Below, piece by piece: positions 46,506 through 55,581 of a stretch of DNA of 64,000 nucleotides. The notes beneath the pieces were generated by a model that was given only the letters and a program-made list of their open reading frames with translations, was not told the origin of the DNA and made no database searches. The translations under genes and the position numbers were made by a program. Location: positions 62,001-126,000 of IMG/VR virus record IMGVR_UViG_3300027749_002876; one strand, given 5' to 3'. Numbering within the stretch: position 1 is the stretch's first letter; each line of letters starts with the position of its first letter.

Positions 46506-47307
46506 ATTTTAAACCTAAGCTTTTACGTATATTTGTAGCACTGATATTATGTATTGCTTCGTCAAAGGTTTCTTGTTCTATTTTATAACCAACATCACGG
46601 CCATATGTAATATTCACAATGTTTGGTACTACTTGAATTTCATATTGACCTTGATAAAGCATGTCCAAATCACGCTTGATGAATGATTTTACTTTGTCAA
46701 TTTCAAAAGGATTAGAACCCTGCCAACCTTGACAATCTCTAATCTGTATAACAACTTGCCCGGTTTTTGCAATAGCACGTTCGAATAATGCACGATGTCC
46801 AGCATGCCAGGGTTGCCAACGACCCAACATCTGAACTGTAGGTTTTTGCCAATCAAACACAAGGCGCAATCTATTGTCTAGTATATGTGCGGCAATAAAC
46901 TCGCCCCACTTAACAGCATTCTGTTCAGTAATTCTAAAATCATATTGTTCGGGTGGAATAAAGGCTTTGTTGGTATCTTCGTATCTTCCTTTGTCAATTG
47001 TGTCGACCCATACAGTCCAATCTGCTTTAAAGTTGTTACGCATTTCAACTAGTGGTGCAACAAAATCACAAATAACATAATCTACATCTGTCATGCTATC
47101 AGCCAGTTCTCGCATACGTAGACTTTGACGAACTCGACCTTCTGTACTAAAGTCCCAGTCATTGTATTTTTTACGCACATCATCGGCGTTTAACCAACCT
47201 ACACGTTTTTTATCTGCTTGTAAGTGGTCTACTATATATTGTGCTAAGTAAGTTTTACCCGCTCCAGGTAGACCCATTACTAATATTCTTTTAGAACCAT
47301 GATTCAT
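46504..47307 (-). CDS. APS-kinase-like domain fused to an HxGH nucleotidyltransferase domain
   Basis: GLPGAGKT, NAD.VR...DWDFS.EGR, DFVAP; then GRWQPWHAGH. Confidence 0.85.
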   Translation of the reverse strand: MNHGSKRILVMGLPGAGKTYLAQYIVDHLQADKKRVGWLNADDVRKKYNDWDFSTEGRVRQSLRMRELADSMTDVDYVICDFVAPLVEMRNNFKADWTVWVDTIDKGRYEDTNKAFIPPEQYDFRITEQNAVKWGEFIAAHILDNRLRLVFDWQKPTVQMLGRWQPWHAGHRALFERAIAKTGQVVIQIRDCQGWQGSNPFEIDKVKSFIKRDLDMLYQGQYEIQVVPNIVNITYGRDVGYKIEQETFDEAIHNISATNIRKSLGLK

Positions 47308-47983
47308 TTTTTAACTCCAATTGGTGACTGTCAAATCTCTTTAGTCTGTTTATAAATGCAGTAGTTTTCTCTGTCATAACACCTGTCAATTGAAATGTTA
47401 GTCTAGGATTATGTCCTGCATTTGCTGTACAATGAGGTATATTTTGCCAGTCAAATGTTGTTACATCGCCGGCACGCCATTGTTGATATTGATAATTACC
47501 ATATGACCAAAAGTGACCAGGCTCCCAATCATTCAATGCAATCATAACACGCATTATTTTCCATGGTTCTTCTGGTGCCCATTTTTGTAACTTATCAATA
47601 TGTAAGTTCCATACTTCGCCGGGCATTTGTACATGTATACGTTCCATACAATCATCCAATGCAAACAGTTCGCTGACTTTTTGCAATGCAGGGGTCAATT
47701 TCCAATTCAAATGAGTAATAACTATTTTTGGATCTACCCCTGCACGTGTCAGATCATATTCTTCTGCTAGCAAATCTTCTTTAGGTGGTAGTACACCTTC
47801 ACCTTTATAACCGCGTGTTTCCCATGTTGCCGGTTTTACATCTTTGATGATTTCGGCTACATCATTTTTCCAGTCGTGTGTGATTCTACCTAACTTAGTT
47901 ACTTTATCAACTTGTGAATCGTTCTTAAAATTATCAAAGTGATAATTACTTTTTGCTTTTGTTGTGTCCCAACTACTAATCAT
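47291..47983 (-). CDS. Fe(II)/2OG-dependent oxygenase-like protein
   Basis: PG....LHID...W..G...W.AGD......PH.TANAG..PR. Confidence 0.75.
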   Translation of the reverse strand: MISSWDTTKAKSNYHFDNFKNDSQVDKVTKLGRITHDWKNDVAEIIKDVKPATWETRGYKGEGVLPPKEDLLAEEYDLTRAGVDPKIVITHLNWKLTPALQKVSELFALDDCMERIHVQMPGEVWNLHIDKLQKWAPEEPWKIMRVMIALNDWEPGHFWSYGNYQYQQWRAGDVTTFDWQNIPHCTANAGHNPRLTFQLTGVMTEKTTAFINRLKRFDSHQLELKNESWF

Positions 47984-48612
47984 AGTGTGTCCTTTATTCC
48001 ACTTACTTTTCTTACAAGACTATCTAACTCTTGTCTTTCGATACTTTTAAAATATTTGCTATTTGCATCTTCTTCTAATATGATATTTATTCTAGGATCG
48101 TCATACGCTATAGGAAAGTCTAACTGCTTAGATAAGCTTTGTAGATATTTACCCTTATACAAATACAGTAGTTCTTGGCTTATGAATACTGAATCTAATG
48201 TCATTAGATACTCAAGTGGTTCATCAAAGTCAGATAGACTAACTCTATCTCTTACTCTATGTTGTTGATGCTTTAAAATATTTTGGTCTCTGCCAATGAT
48301 TGCTATTTTAACTTTGATACCAAATTTCTCTAGTGTCTCAACAAACAGTTTGTATTTGGGTATAGTAACAACCCCGTTATTTGCATAAGGGCAACTGATG
48401 CTGGTTACATAATTATCACATTTTGACCAGTCAATACTATGAACAAGACTAGGTGTATTCCAGCATTCACTAAAAGGTTCATGGTCATGTGCTATCCAAT
48501 AATCAATAAGCAATTCTTTCCAACCAGATACATCTTGGTGTAGTGCTAATACTTTACTGAACACATGATTACCGGATCCTTGTGGTCCGGTAATAATTAA
48601 CAGTTGTTTCAT
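47980..48612 (-). CDS. Sulfotransferase-like P-loop protein
   Basis: IITGPQGSGN, I.RD. Confidence 0.5.
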   Translation of the reverse strand: MKQLLIITGPQGSGNHVFSKVLALHQDVSGWKELLIDYWIAHDHEPFSECWNTPSLVHSIDWSKCDNYVTSISCPYANNGVVTIPKYKLFVETLEKFGIKVKIAIIGRDQNILKHQQHRVRDRVSLSDFDEPLEYLMTLDSVFISQELLYLYKGKYLQSLSKQLDFPIAYDDPRINIILEEDANSKYFKSIERQELDSLVRKVSGIKDTL

Positions 48613-49229
48613 ATCACTGTAACTCTTACATCTGATGCACCGTAGTCTTGATAATAATCATTAGGAGGCAATTGTATTTTTAACATCTTGCAGAGCATGT
48701 GATTAGTTAATGGAACTTTACCGGGATATTTGTAGTTTGCTTTAACTATGCCCTGATTCTGTTGTTTAATCTTCTCTGCCATGACTTTCAAGTTCTGATA
48801 GTATTCACTGTAGTCAGGGTATGTAATGTCAAAGTGACCGCACTTGACCCACCACCCTAAACACGCATCATCAGGACGATGTACTAACACGATAGGACAA
48901 TCAGGCCATGTTTCTTTGATGTAATCAATATGATTGCTGAACACATGACTTTTAATGATACGTACACCTTCACCGGTAAATGCTTCATCAAAGTCACGCT
49001 CTAATGTTTCTCTATCATACATTGGTAATCGATGAAATAGTTTACCAAACTCCATGCCAGGGTCGTAGTATGCACCTAAATGCATCAATTCCATTTTGCC
49101 ACTGGCGTCATGGTAATATGTTCTAGTATCACTGTAATCTGATTGGTCAACGCTAGGACTATAGTAGATGTTCTTTACAACACTAGACCATTTACTGCCC
49201 GGTGCTCCTGCGACAAATATGTATTTCAT
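48609..49229 (-). CDS. Sulfotransferase-like protein
   Basis: IFVAGAPGSKWS, IIKSH, WP...IVLVHR. Confidence 0.6.
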   Translation of the reverse strand: MKYIFVAGAPGSKWSSVVKNIYYSPSVDQSDYSDTRTYYHDASGKMELMHLGAYYDPGMEFGKLFHRLPMYDRETLERDFDEAFTGEGVRIIKSHVFSNHIDYIKETWPDCPIVLVHRPDDACLGWWVKCGHFDITYPDYSEYYQNLKVMAEKIKQQNQGIVKANYKYPGKVPLTNHMLCKMLKIQLPPNDYYQDYGASDVRVTVI

Positions 49230-50207
49230 TTAATCCTTAGATAGGTCAATCTTACTTAGCACAGGCAAGAATGCCGCGCGTAAATCGTCCATATGTTTTT
49301 TCAATCCTGCAGGCGTAAGTTCATCTTCTGCATAGAATATAACATTAGCATCAATGTATTCCTTGTATTCAGTGCTACGGACTGCTTTACTAAACTGTTG
49401 TTGATACCATGCAACAATATCTTTATCTGTGCCAGGTGGTAATTCAATACTCCATGCGGCATACACGTTAATGCCCGGGGCTACTGTGTTTAGTAAGGGA
49501 ACATCAGGAAACTGAGGCATCTTACGTGTGCCAGTAAACCCAATTGGTTTAACTTTGCCACCTTCAATCAATGGTTTAGCAACTGCAATTGGCATGATAC
49601 CAAACTCTGTGCCAGTTTTACCATCATAACTTGCTACGCTAGTAACTGCCGGTAACGGTCCGTTGAATTTAATACTTTTGACAGCATCTTTGTTTCCATT
49701 ACCCTTGTCTAGTAGATATTCAAATGCTGTTCTATGTGCTCCGCCACCAATAGCAACGTTAATGTTTCTACCTGATTGAATGTATTTGATAAACTCTTGC
49801 GGGGTGTTGATGCCACTCTTTACACTAGCAACTAATACTAGAGGGCTCTTTCCCATTGTCAATACGTCAATGAAGCTGTCGTAGTTATACTTCTTAATAT
49901 TCTTTTCCCAGATATCATTCGTTACATATGAACTCATGTGACTTGGTAAGTTGATAGTGTGTCCATCATTAGGAGCTTCTAAAAACTTGTTGTTGGCAAT
50001 GACTGAATCAGCACCAGGAATATTCTGAACTACATATGTGAACTTTGGATTAGATTTCTGTACAATCTCTGCTAGTTTACGAAATGCCATTTCGTTACCA
50101 GCACCGGGAGTGTTACCAATATAAACTTGTACTGGTTTGGTTGGTTCCCATGCAAATGATAACATAGGTAATACTGCTAATGTAAGTGTTGCTAAAATTT
50201 TTTTCAT
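49230..50207 (-). CDS. Bug/TctC-family periplasmic binding protein
   Basis: W.P.KPV......PG.G.E...R.LA, V.NIPGA...IA, DGHT, GKVKPI..TG..R...PDVP, PPGT. Confidence 0.88.
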   Translation of the reverse strand: MKKILATLTLAVLPMLSFAWEPTKPVQVYIGNTPGAGNEMAFRKLAEIVQKSNPKFTYVVQNIPGADSVIANNKFLEAPNDGHTINLPSHMSSYVTNDIWEKNIKKYNYDSFIDVLTMGKSPLVLVASVKSGINTPQEFIKYIQSGRNINVAIGGGAHRTAFEYLLDKGNGNKDAVKSIKFNGPLPAVTSVASYDGKTGTEFGIMPIAVAKPLIEGGKVKPIGFTGTRKMPQFPDVPLLNTVAPGINVYAAWSIELPPGTDKDIVAWYQQQFSKAVRSTEYKEYIDANVIFYAEDELTPAGLKKHMDDLRAAFLPVLSKIDLSKD

Positions 50208-50286
50208 CGTTCCTCCTAATATAAATATGATGACAATATATTTATGCCATTCAGCATAAAAATTTACTAAATATAGAAAAAATCAG

Positions 50287-51015
50287 ATGAATACTAAAAT
50301 TTTTAAGCTATTACAAGAAAATTTACAGCTTGCGTTCAATTTACCCAAGTACAGTAAAATTTCTATAGACGAACAAACTATTGTGCAAGACTTACCTTGG
50401 ACGCCCGCACGATATAGCAAATTCAAAGATAGTGTAGAAGCTGAATTGCATTTGCCCTGCGATTATGTAGGGACACTAGGTGCTATTACTAATGACTTGT
50501 CAGAACGCTATATCCTAAGATTCTTTAGTGAGATATGGAAGCCTAGAACAGGTGACTATGAGCATACTGGATGGGAACTTGCTGATGAAATCAACAAACT
50601 AAACCCGGAGAAAGTACTTGATGTTGGTTGTGGGTATCACCCATTTAAGGGTCGTATTCAGAATATTATTGGCATTGATCCATATAACAATCAAGCTGAC
50701 TATGAGGTTGACATCTTAGAATATAAAGTAAAGCCAGAAAGTCACGATGTTATAATGGCTCTTGGATCTATTAATTTTAATTCACGTGATGAGATTGAAT
50801 CACGGTTCAGTCATTGCATCAATCTATTGAAGAAGGGTGGAAAATTCTATCTACGTGCTAACCCAGGGATCACTCACAAGACAGGGCCGTATGTTGAAAT
50901 ATTTCCTTGGACATTTGAAGTTGTAAATGAATTTGCTGAAAAATATAATCTCAAGTTAGATACTTTTAAGAAAGATAATAATGATAGATTATATTTTGTT
51001 TATACTAAATTATAG
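50287..51015 (+). CDS. Class I SAM methyltransferase with ACP-like N-terminal domain
   Basis: VLDVGCG, GIDPY, ALGSINF, LKKGG. Confidence 0.8.
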   Translation: MNTKIFKLLQENLQLAFNLPKYSKISIDEQTIVQDLPWTPARYSKFKDSVEAELHLPCDYVGTLGAITNDLSERYILRFFSEIWKPRTGDYEHTGWELADEINKLNPEKVLDVGCGYHPFKGRIQNIIGIDPYNNQADYEVDILEYKVKPESHDVIMALGSINFNSRDEIESRFSHCINLLKKGGKFYLRANPGITHKTGPYVEIFPWTFEVVNEFAEKYNLKLDTFKKDNNDRLYFVYTKL

Positions 51016-51021
51016 CCAAAA

Positions 51022-51046
51022 AAATAGACCCCGAAAGGTCTATTTT
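51022..51046. terminator. Bidirectional terminator
   Basis: AAAATAGACC-CCGAAA-GGTCTATTTT. Confidence 0.8.
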
Positions 51047-51647
51047 ACATTGTGGGGCCGTTCCCACTTTTGAATCCAACTGAACCGCCTTCTGCCTCGA
51101 TACGTTTGATAACGTCTTCAAACAGGATAGGTGTAAAATCTGTTTGTTCAACACATACACAATGATAACGAACATCGTTTTCATCACTGTATAATGTTAC
51201 ACCTGTCTTAGCGTCAATACCTCTAGCTTTTTTCACTCTATTAGAATGTAAGTGGCCATGAATGTTGACACCAAAACGTCCTAATGATGCCTCATGTAAC
51301 GGGATGTGACTTAAAATCATACCGTTCATTACATGATACGCACGTAATTCACGGAAGTATAATCTATACTCATCATCACGAAAGATATCGTGGTTACCAC
51401 GAATCAATACCTTGTCACCGTTTAAGCGACTCAACGTAATTAATGACTTGCGGTTAATAACTACGTCACCTAAGTGATATACTTTGTCATTTGGACGAAC
51501 TCGGTCGTTCCAACGCTTAATCATTTCCTCATCCATCTCATGTGGATCAGTCCATGGACGAATCTTTGTAACACCGTCTGCTTCGGTGAATCTGCACACG
51601 CCGGCATGACCAAAGTGGGTGTCACTCGTTAAAAATACTGCTGGCAT
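51045..51647 (-). CDS. Calcineurin-like phosphoesterase
   Basis: SDTHFGH, HLGD, GNHD, SH.P, HGHLH. Confidence 0.9.
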   Translation of the reverse strand: MPAVFLTSDTHFGHAGVCRFTEADGVTKIRPWTDPHEMDEEMIKRWNDRVRPNDKVYHLGDVVINRKSLITLSRLNGDKVLIRGNHDIFRDDEYRLYFRELRAYHVMNGMILSHIPLHEASLGRFGVNIHGHLHSNRVKKARGIDAKTGVTLYSDENDVRYHCVCVEQTDFTPILFEDVIKRIEAEGGSVGFKSGNGPTM

Positions 51648-51862
51648 TATACCCTCTCTTTCTTTACTCGTCCGATGCGTGACGTTTTGTTCCAATCATA
51701 AGCGATGCCATCCGGACACTTACCATCACGCACACTGTCTACACCAAACATACCGCATACTTCGAATCCGTCTCCTATGATAGAAATGAATTCGTTTAAT
51801 GACTTAGCATAATCCATTGCTGAATTTAAGTCTACAAATTCTAATTCTTTTACTTTAAACAT
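51647..51862 (-). CDS. Hypothetical protein
   Basis: AAGGA SD. Confidence 0.65.
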   Translation of the reverse strand: MFKVKELEFVDLNSAMDYAKSLNEFISIIGDGFEVCGMFGVDSVRDGKCPDGIAYDWNKTSRIGRVKKERV

Positions 51863-51871
51863 TTTATTCCT

Positions 51872-52180
51872 TTACGCAACCATCCAGTGGTCGCTTTCTT
51901 TGTATTCGATGGATTCGGCACCATCATATTCATTTATTTTGAATTCTGTTCCTACCGGCATCCATTCTACTTCTAAATCTTTCATACCACCGGTGTAGAT
52001 ATCTGGATACTTCAATGCTACATATGTTGCCAATTCATCCCATTTTTCCTTTTCAACAAACTTTACGATTGCTGGATCAAAAAGAATTTCAGGACATTCA
52101 TAGTTCCATGTGTACCATCCTGCACCGAAGCCAGGACTATACAACACTGCCACCTTACCATCTTCATTTAACTTGTTCAT
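51872..52180 (-). CDS. Conserved phage hypothetical protein
   Basis: VAVLYSPGFGAGW.TWN, F.I.EYDG.E. Confidence 0.75.
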   Translation of the reverse strand: MNKLNEDGKVAVLYSPGFGAGWYTWNYECPEILFDPAIVKFVEKEKWDELATYVALKYPDIYTGGMKDLEVEWMPVGTEFKINEYDGAESIEYKESDHWMVA

Positions 52181-52641
52181 TCTATTCTCTTAAAAGATCG
52201 CCAATCATCAATGTTTGGCTTTTCATCTTCATCATATGTCCAACCTAATGCCTTCATCATACGATGTTTGACAAGTAAGTTAGGGCTACGCCATCTTCCT
52301 ACGTCTTCAAACCCCATCATAACACCAACTTCGCATACTGCACCACTACGGCATACACCTGCAAAACAATGAACAACCACGTTCATTCTATTTTCTTTGG
52401 CATGTTGCAATAGTCTAACCAATTCGTTTGCTTGTTCTTGACTGCAACGCATTGCTTCATCTAAAGCAAAATCATTCTTCTCAATGTCCAAGAATTCAAA
52501 ATTGTGAATCTCTTTGAATTTGTGAGCAGGTGTTGGTCTCCAACTCGCAGGGTCTGTGATGCTAATCAGCATACTATTCTCTCCGGCTTCATGATGAAAT
52601 CTAGTAGGTATATCAGCGGCTGCTACATTTTCAATCCACAT
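52177..52641 (-). CDS. Protein-tyrosine/dual-specificity phosphatase-like protein
   Basis: VVHCFAGVCRS (CX5R). Confidence 0.85.
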   Translation of the reverse strand: MWIENVAAADIPTRFHHEAGENSMLISITDPASWRPTPAHKFKEIHNFEFLDIEKNDFALDEAMRCSQEQANELVRLLQHAKENRMNVVVHCFAGVCRSGAVCEVGVMMGFEDVGRWRSPNLLVKHRMMKALGWTYDEDEKPNIDDWRSFKRIE

Positions 52642-52682
52642 ATCTAACTCCTTAATAATGTATTATACTACACCTTGGATTA

Positions 52683-53249
52683 TTAGTCAACCTTGGGCAA
52701 GGGTGCTATAATTTTATGTAACCAGTGATTGTATATATTGACGTTTAATGGAGTGTCTATCCATTGCTGTAATTTTTCTATTAGATTACCTTCTAATATA
52801 TCTTTAAAGAGTATGACTTTACGAATATGGCCATATTTTTTAGCAAATTTAACTCTTTGAATTCGTCTAGCGAGTTCTGTTTCATTAAATGGAGGATGAG
52901 ATTTAGGAAGAATTATATGACTCCGTTCCATACACCATTTGGCATATTTATAATCAGAGTCATCAATTAAAATAGTATCTATTATATGTTGTAATCCAAA
53001 ATCAAAATAATGACTACAGGTAATTGCTGTGTATTTTTTTTCTATTTCTTCTAAATATGGAGTTTTTCTAGAACCAGAATATAATACATTTTCTGCACCA
53101 TTATTTTTAATAATAGCCAACTTAAAGTGTAATCTTAATGTATTAGGCCTAGCCCGCACATCAATATTGGTTAAATCATAATCTTTACTATCTATTACTG
53201 CGGCTAACATATCTCCTGCCGCACCAGGATTATATAATACTTGATACAT
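52683..53249 (-). CDS. Hypothetical protein (P-loop/sulfotransferase-like N-terminus)
   Basis: VLYNPGAAGD; ATAAATA-4-ATG. Confidence 0.6.
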   Translation of the reverse strand: MYQVLYNPGAAGDMLAAVIDSKDYDLTNIDVRARPNTLRLHFKLAIIKNNGAENVLYSGSRKTPYLEEIEKKYTAITCSHYFDFGLQHIIDTILIDDSDYKYAKWCMERSHIILPKSHPPFNETELARRIQRVKFAKKYGHIRKVILFKDILEGNLIEKLQQWIDTPLNVNIYNHWLHKIIAPLPKVD

Positions 53250-53265
53250 AATGTATTTATCTAGG

Positions 53266-53287
53266 AAAAGGTCGTTAACGACCTTTT
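53266..53287. terminator. Terminator at the distal end of the tRNA array
   Basis: AAAAGGTCG-TTAA-CGACCTTTT. Confidence 0.8.
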
Positions 53288-53292
53288 GTTTT

Positions 53293-53368
53293 TGGCATCC
53301 CGGGTAAGCCTCGAACTTACAACCCCTGGTTTTGGAGACCAGTGCTCTGCCAATTGAGCTACCGAGAT
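53293..53368 (-). tRNA. tRNA-Trp(CCA)
   Basis: Cloverleaf, encoded CCA end. Confidence 0.93.
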
Positions 53369-53375
53369 ATATTCT

Positions 53376-53597
53376 TTATGCGTTTTTTCTAATACGCTTG
53401 AGGTATTCTCTACCCACAAGTCCTGCTTCAATTTCTTGAAGTGCAGTCACAATAGGACCTGCTTTAGAGACTAGTGTAGAACGATGTCCACGCTTTAACT
53501 CTCTTACTCTATGTGAAGCGATAAGAACTAAATCAAATCGATTACCAACCATATTAACGGCGTCTTCACTTGTATATCTTGCTCTGCTTTCAGTCAT
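53376..53597 (-). CDS. rpoZ: RNA polymerase omega subunit
   Basis: AR.T.EDA...VGNRFDLVLIAS.R.REL...TAL.EI..G. Confidence 0.9.
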   Translation of the reverse strand: MTESRARYTSEDAVNMVGNRFDLVLIASHRVRELKRGHRSTLVSKAGPIVTALQEIEAGLVGREYLKRIRKNA

Positions 53598-53608
53598 TTT
53601 CTTCCTTT

Positions 53609-54208
53609 TTAAAATTCAAACATTAATCTTTTCATTGTCTCAAAATAAATTTTAGGTCTTAATGCTAATGCAGGCCTTAATGTTAATACAACTCTTTCAT
53701 TATCTGATTGTGAATTATCCCAATCGTGAAATATTTCGGTATTAAACAATATTGCTTCATTGGGCTGAGCCACCATTGATTTAACCGGGGAGTGTTTAGT
53801 TTTATCAAATCCAACACATTCCCTTGATCCATTATGTTTAGGATCGATTTCATACATAGATAAATCTTCATCACTATACCAGCTGGTCACACACTTATCA
53901 TCTAATATTTTAGAAGTATAATTTATACTAACATGGTCAAATGATCCGTCTTTATGAGCCCTATATGTCATATGCGGCTTTGATATGAATAACGATACCC
54001 GATCAATTTCTAATGGTGGAAATTTTAAGGGAATCATACTCAGCATTTTTTTAGATTCATCTGGCTGTAATTTATAATGAGTAAAATCTTCATTTATCTT
54101 ATAAATATCCGGGGTGATTACATTGCAATAATCTATTATAGACTGTATACCGGCGTGAGTATATCTAATATAATAAGGACTACAATCTTCAATGATTTCG
54201 TATTTCAT
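53609..54208 (-). CDS. Fe(II)/2OG oxygenase- or cupin-like protein
   Basis: AHKD...LFNT...H...N...R..L..R. Confidence 0.6.
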   Translation of the reverse strand: MKYEIIEDCSPYYIRYTHAGIQSIIDYCNVITPDIYKINEDFTHYKLQPDESKKMLSMIPLKFPPLEIDRVSLFISKPHMTYRAHKDGSFDHVSINYTSKILDDKCVTSWYSDEDLSMYEIDPKHNGSRECVGFDKTKHSPVKSMVAQPNEAILFNTEIFHDWDNSQSDNERVVLTLRPALALRPKIYFETMKRLMFEF

Positions 54209-54210
54209 GC

Positions 54211-54864
54211 TTACTCTAAAAATAATAGGTTGTTATTTTTAAATACATCTCTCCAGTATCCTGTGTTAGGTATCAGAGCCCATAATTTAGTATTTTCAAA
54301 AACTATCAATGTTCTATTTTTTTTTGTTTGATTTAATGCGACCGCAACCCCATTAAACCAGGGATGAAAATCATCTCCTAGTAATAATCCGGTATCGGAT
54401 TCATACTTTTCAATATCATGTTTAACATCCAATAATGTATGTGAAGCATCAATAAAGGTAAGATCGTAATGTTTTACTTTCTCAAAATCTTTGCTAGAAG
54501 TAGGGTGTACATTTATATTAGCATACATTTCTTCACCTATACAAAATCTAAATGCATCATGCCATCCTGTAGCTTTTGCAATTTCTCTTGCATCAGCATA
54601 CATAATAGGATCGCCTAGTGCAAATTGCAAATTTTCAAACTCAATATTTAATAATGATTGGCTAGAAACAATTCTAAAATTATCAACTATATCCATGCTT
54701 ACAGAAGAATTTTTACCTCTATAGAGGGCAGTAGTAGAACTACCCAAAAAACAACCTATTTCTAAAATAGAACCATTATCAGGAACATAACCAGCCAATG
54801 TTGAAAGAATTATTAATTCTTTTTCGAGCATCCAACCCGGAATGTTTACATTGTATTTTTGCAT
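54211..54864 (-). CDS. Class I SAM methyltransferase
   Basis: PGWM, LEIGC..GSST, FIDASH, GDD. Confidence 0.85.
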   Translation of the reverse strand: MQKYNVNIPGWMLEKELIILSTLAGYVPDNGSILEIGCFLGSSTTALYRGKNSSVSMDIVDNFRIVSSQSLLNIEFENLQFALGDPIMYADAREIAKATGWHDAFRFCIGEEMYANINVHPTSSKDFEKVKHYDLTFIDASHTLLDVKHDIEKYESDTGLLLGDDFHPWFNGVAVALNQTKKNRTLIVFENTKLWALIPNTGYWRDVFKNNNLLFLE

Positions 54865-54884
54865 ATTGTATTTATGTTTATATT

Positions 54885-54960
54885 TGGAGCGGGAAATCGG
54901 GTTCGAACCGACGACATTCACGTTGGCAACGTGATGCTCTACCAACTGAGCTATTCCCGC
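54885..54960 (-). tRNA. tRNA-Gly(GCC)
   Basis: Cloverleaf. Confidence 0.95.
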
Positions 54961-54967
54961 ATATTCT

Positions 54968-55042
54968 TGGTACATCGACACGGTTTCGAACCGCGGACCC
55001 TCTCCGTGTAAAGGAGACGCTCTACCCCTGAGCTATCGATGC
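54968..55042 (-). tRNA. tRNA-Val(TAC)
   Basis: Cloverleaf. Confidence 0.95.
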
Positions 55043-55052
55043 ATATTTTTAT

Positions 55053-55232
55053 TTAACCCCCTTGAGAGCTGTCTTTAACTTCTGTTTCTCTAGCAATTTT
55101 TTCAAACGCTTCATCTTCATTCTTTTGATCCTCAATCATTCTTGGATCAGGCTTACGAAAGATTTTGTCATAGTTGTTTGCATATTCTTGTTGACTGACA
55201 CTGTATGGTCTTGGACTAGAACCTTTGCTCAC
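55053..55232 (-). CDS. Small protein, 59 aa (MSKGSSPRPYSVSQQEY...DKIF), GTG start, not in the ORF track
   Basis: GTGA overlap with the upstream ORF. Confidence 0.6.
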   Translation of the reverse strand: MSKGSSPRPYSVSQQEYANNYDKIFRKPDPRMIEDQKNEDEAFEKIARETEVKDSSQGG

Positions 55233-55399
55233 TTCTTGTCCCCTTTACCCCCACTGTATGATCGCAAACCTTCTTGTGCAATCTTAGCATAGCTACGCAA
55301 AAATGAACCACGTACATGTGGATCAAGAATTTGAGCGGCTGCAATCTTTACTAGCTTACCGATTTTAACGGCTTTTGGGTCATAACCTCTGCATGTCAT
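55229..55399 (-). CDS. Small hypothetical protein
   Basis: AGGA SD before MTCRGYD. Confidence 0.6.
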   Translation of the reverse strand: MTCRGYDPKAVKIGKLVKIAAAQILDPHVRGSFLRSYAKIAQEGLRSYSGGKGDKK

Positions 55400-55422
55400 A
55401 CTATCTTCCTTTGTTAAAAACT

Positions 55423-55499
55423 TGGTCGGAATAGTAGGATTCGAACCTACGACCTCTTGCTCCCAAAGCAAGCGCACTACCAGGCTGTGCTACACTCCG
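55423..55499 (-). tRNA. tRNA-Pro(TGG)
   Basis: Cloverleaf. Confidence 0.95.
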
Positions 55500-55503
55500 T
55501 AAT

Positions 55504-55577
55504 TGGATGCGGGTGACAGATTCGAACTGCCGATGCACCTGGCTTATGAGACCGGTGTGGTGACCACCCAACCCGCG
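55504..55577 (-). tRNA. Atypical initiator-like tRNA(CAT)
   Basis: CGCGGG 5' end, C1:A72 mismatch, truncated D-arm. Confidence 0.7.
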
Positions 55578-55581
55578 TATT

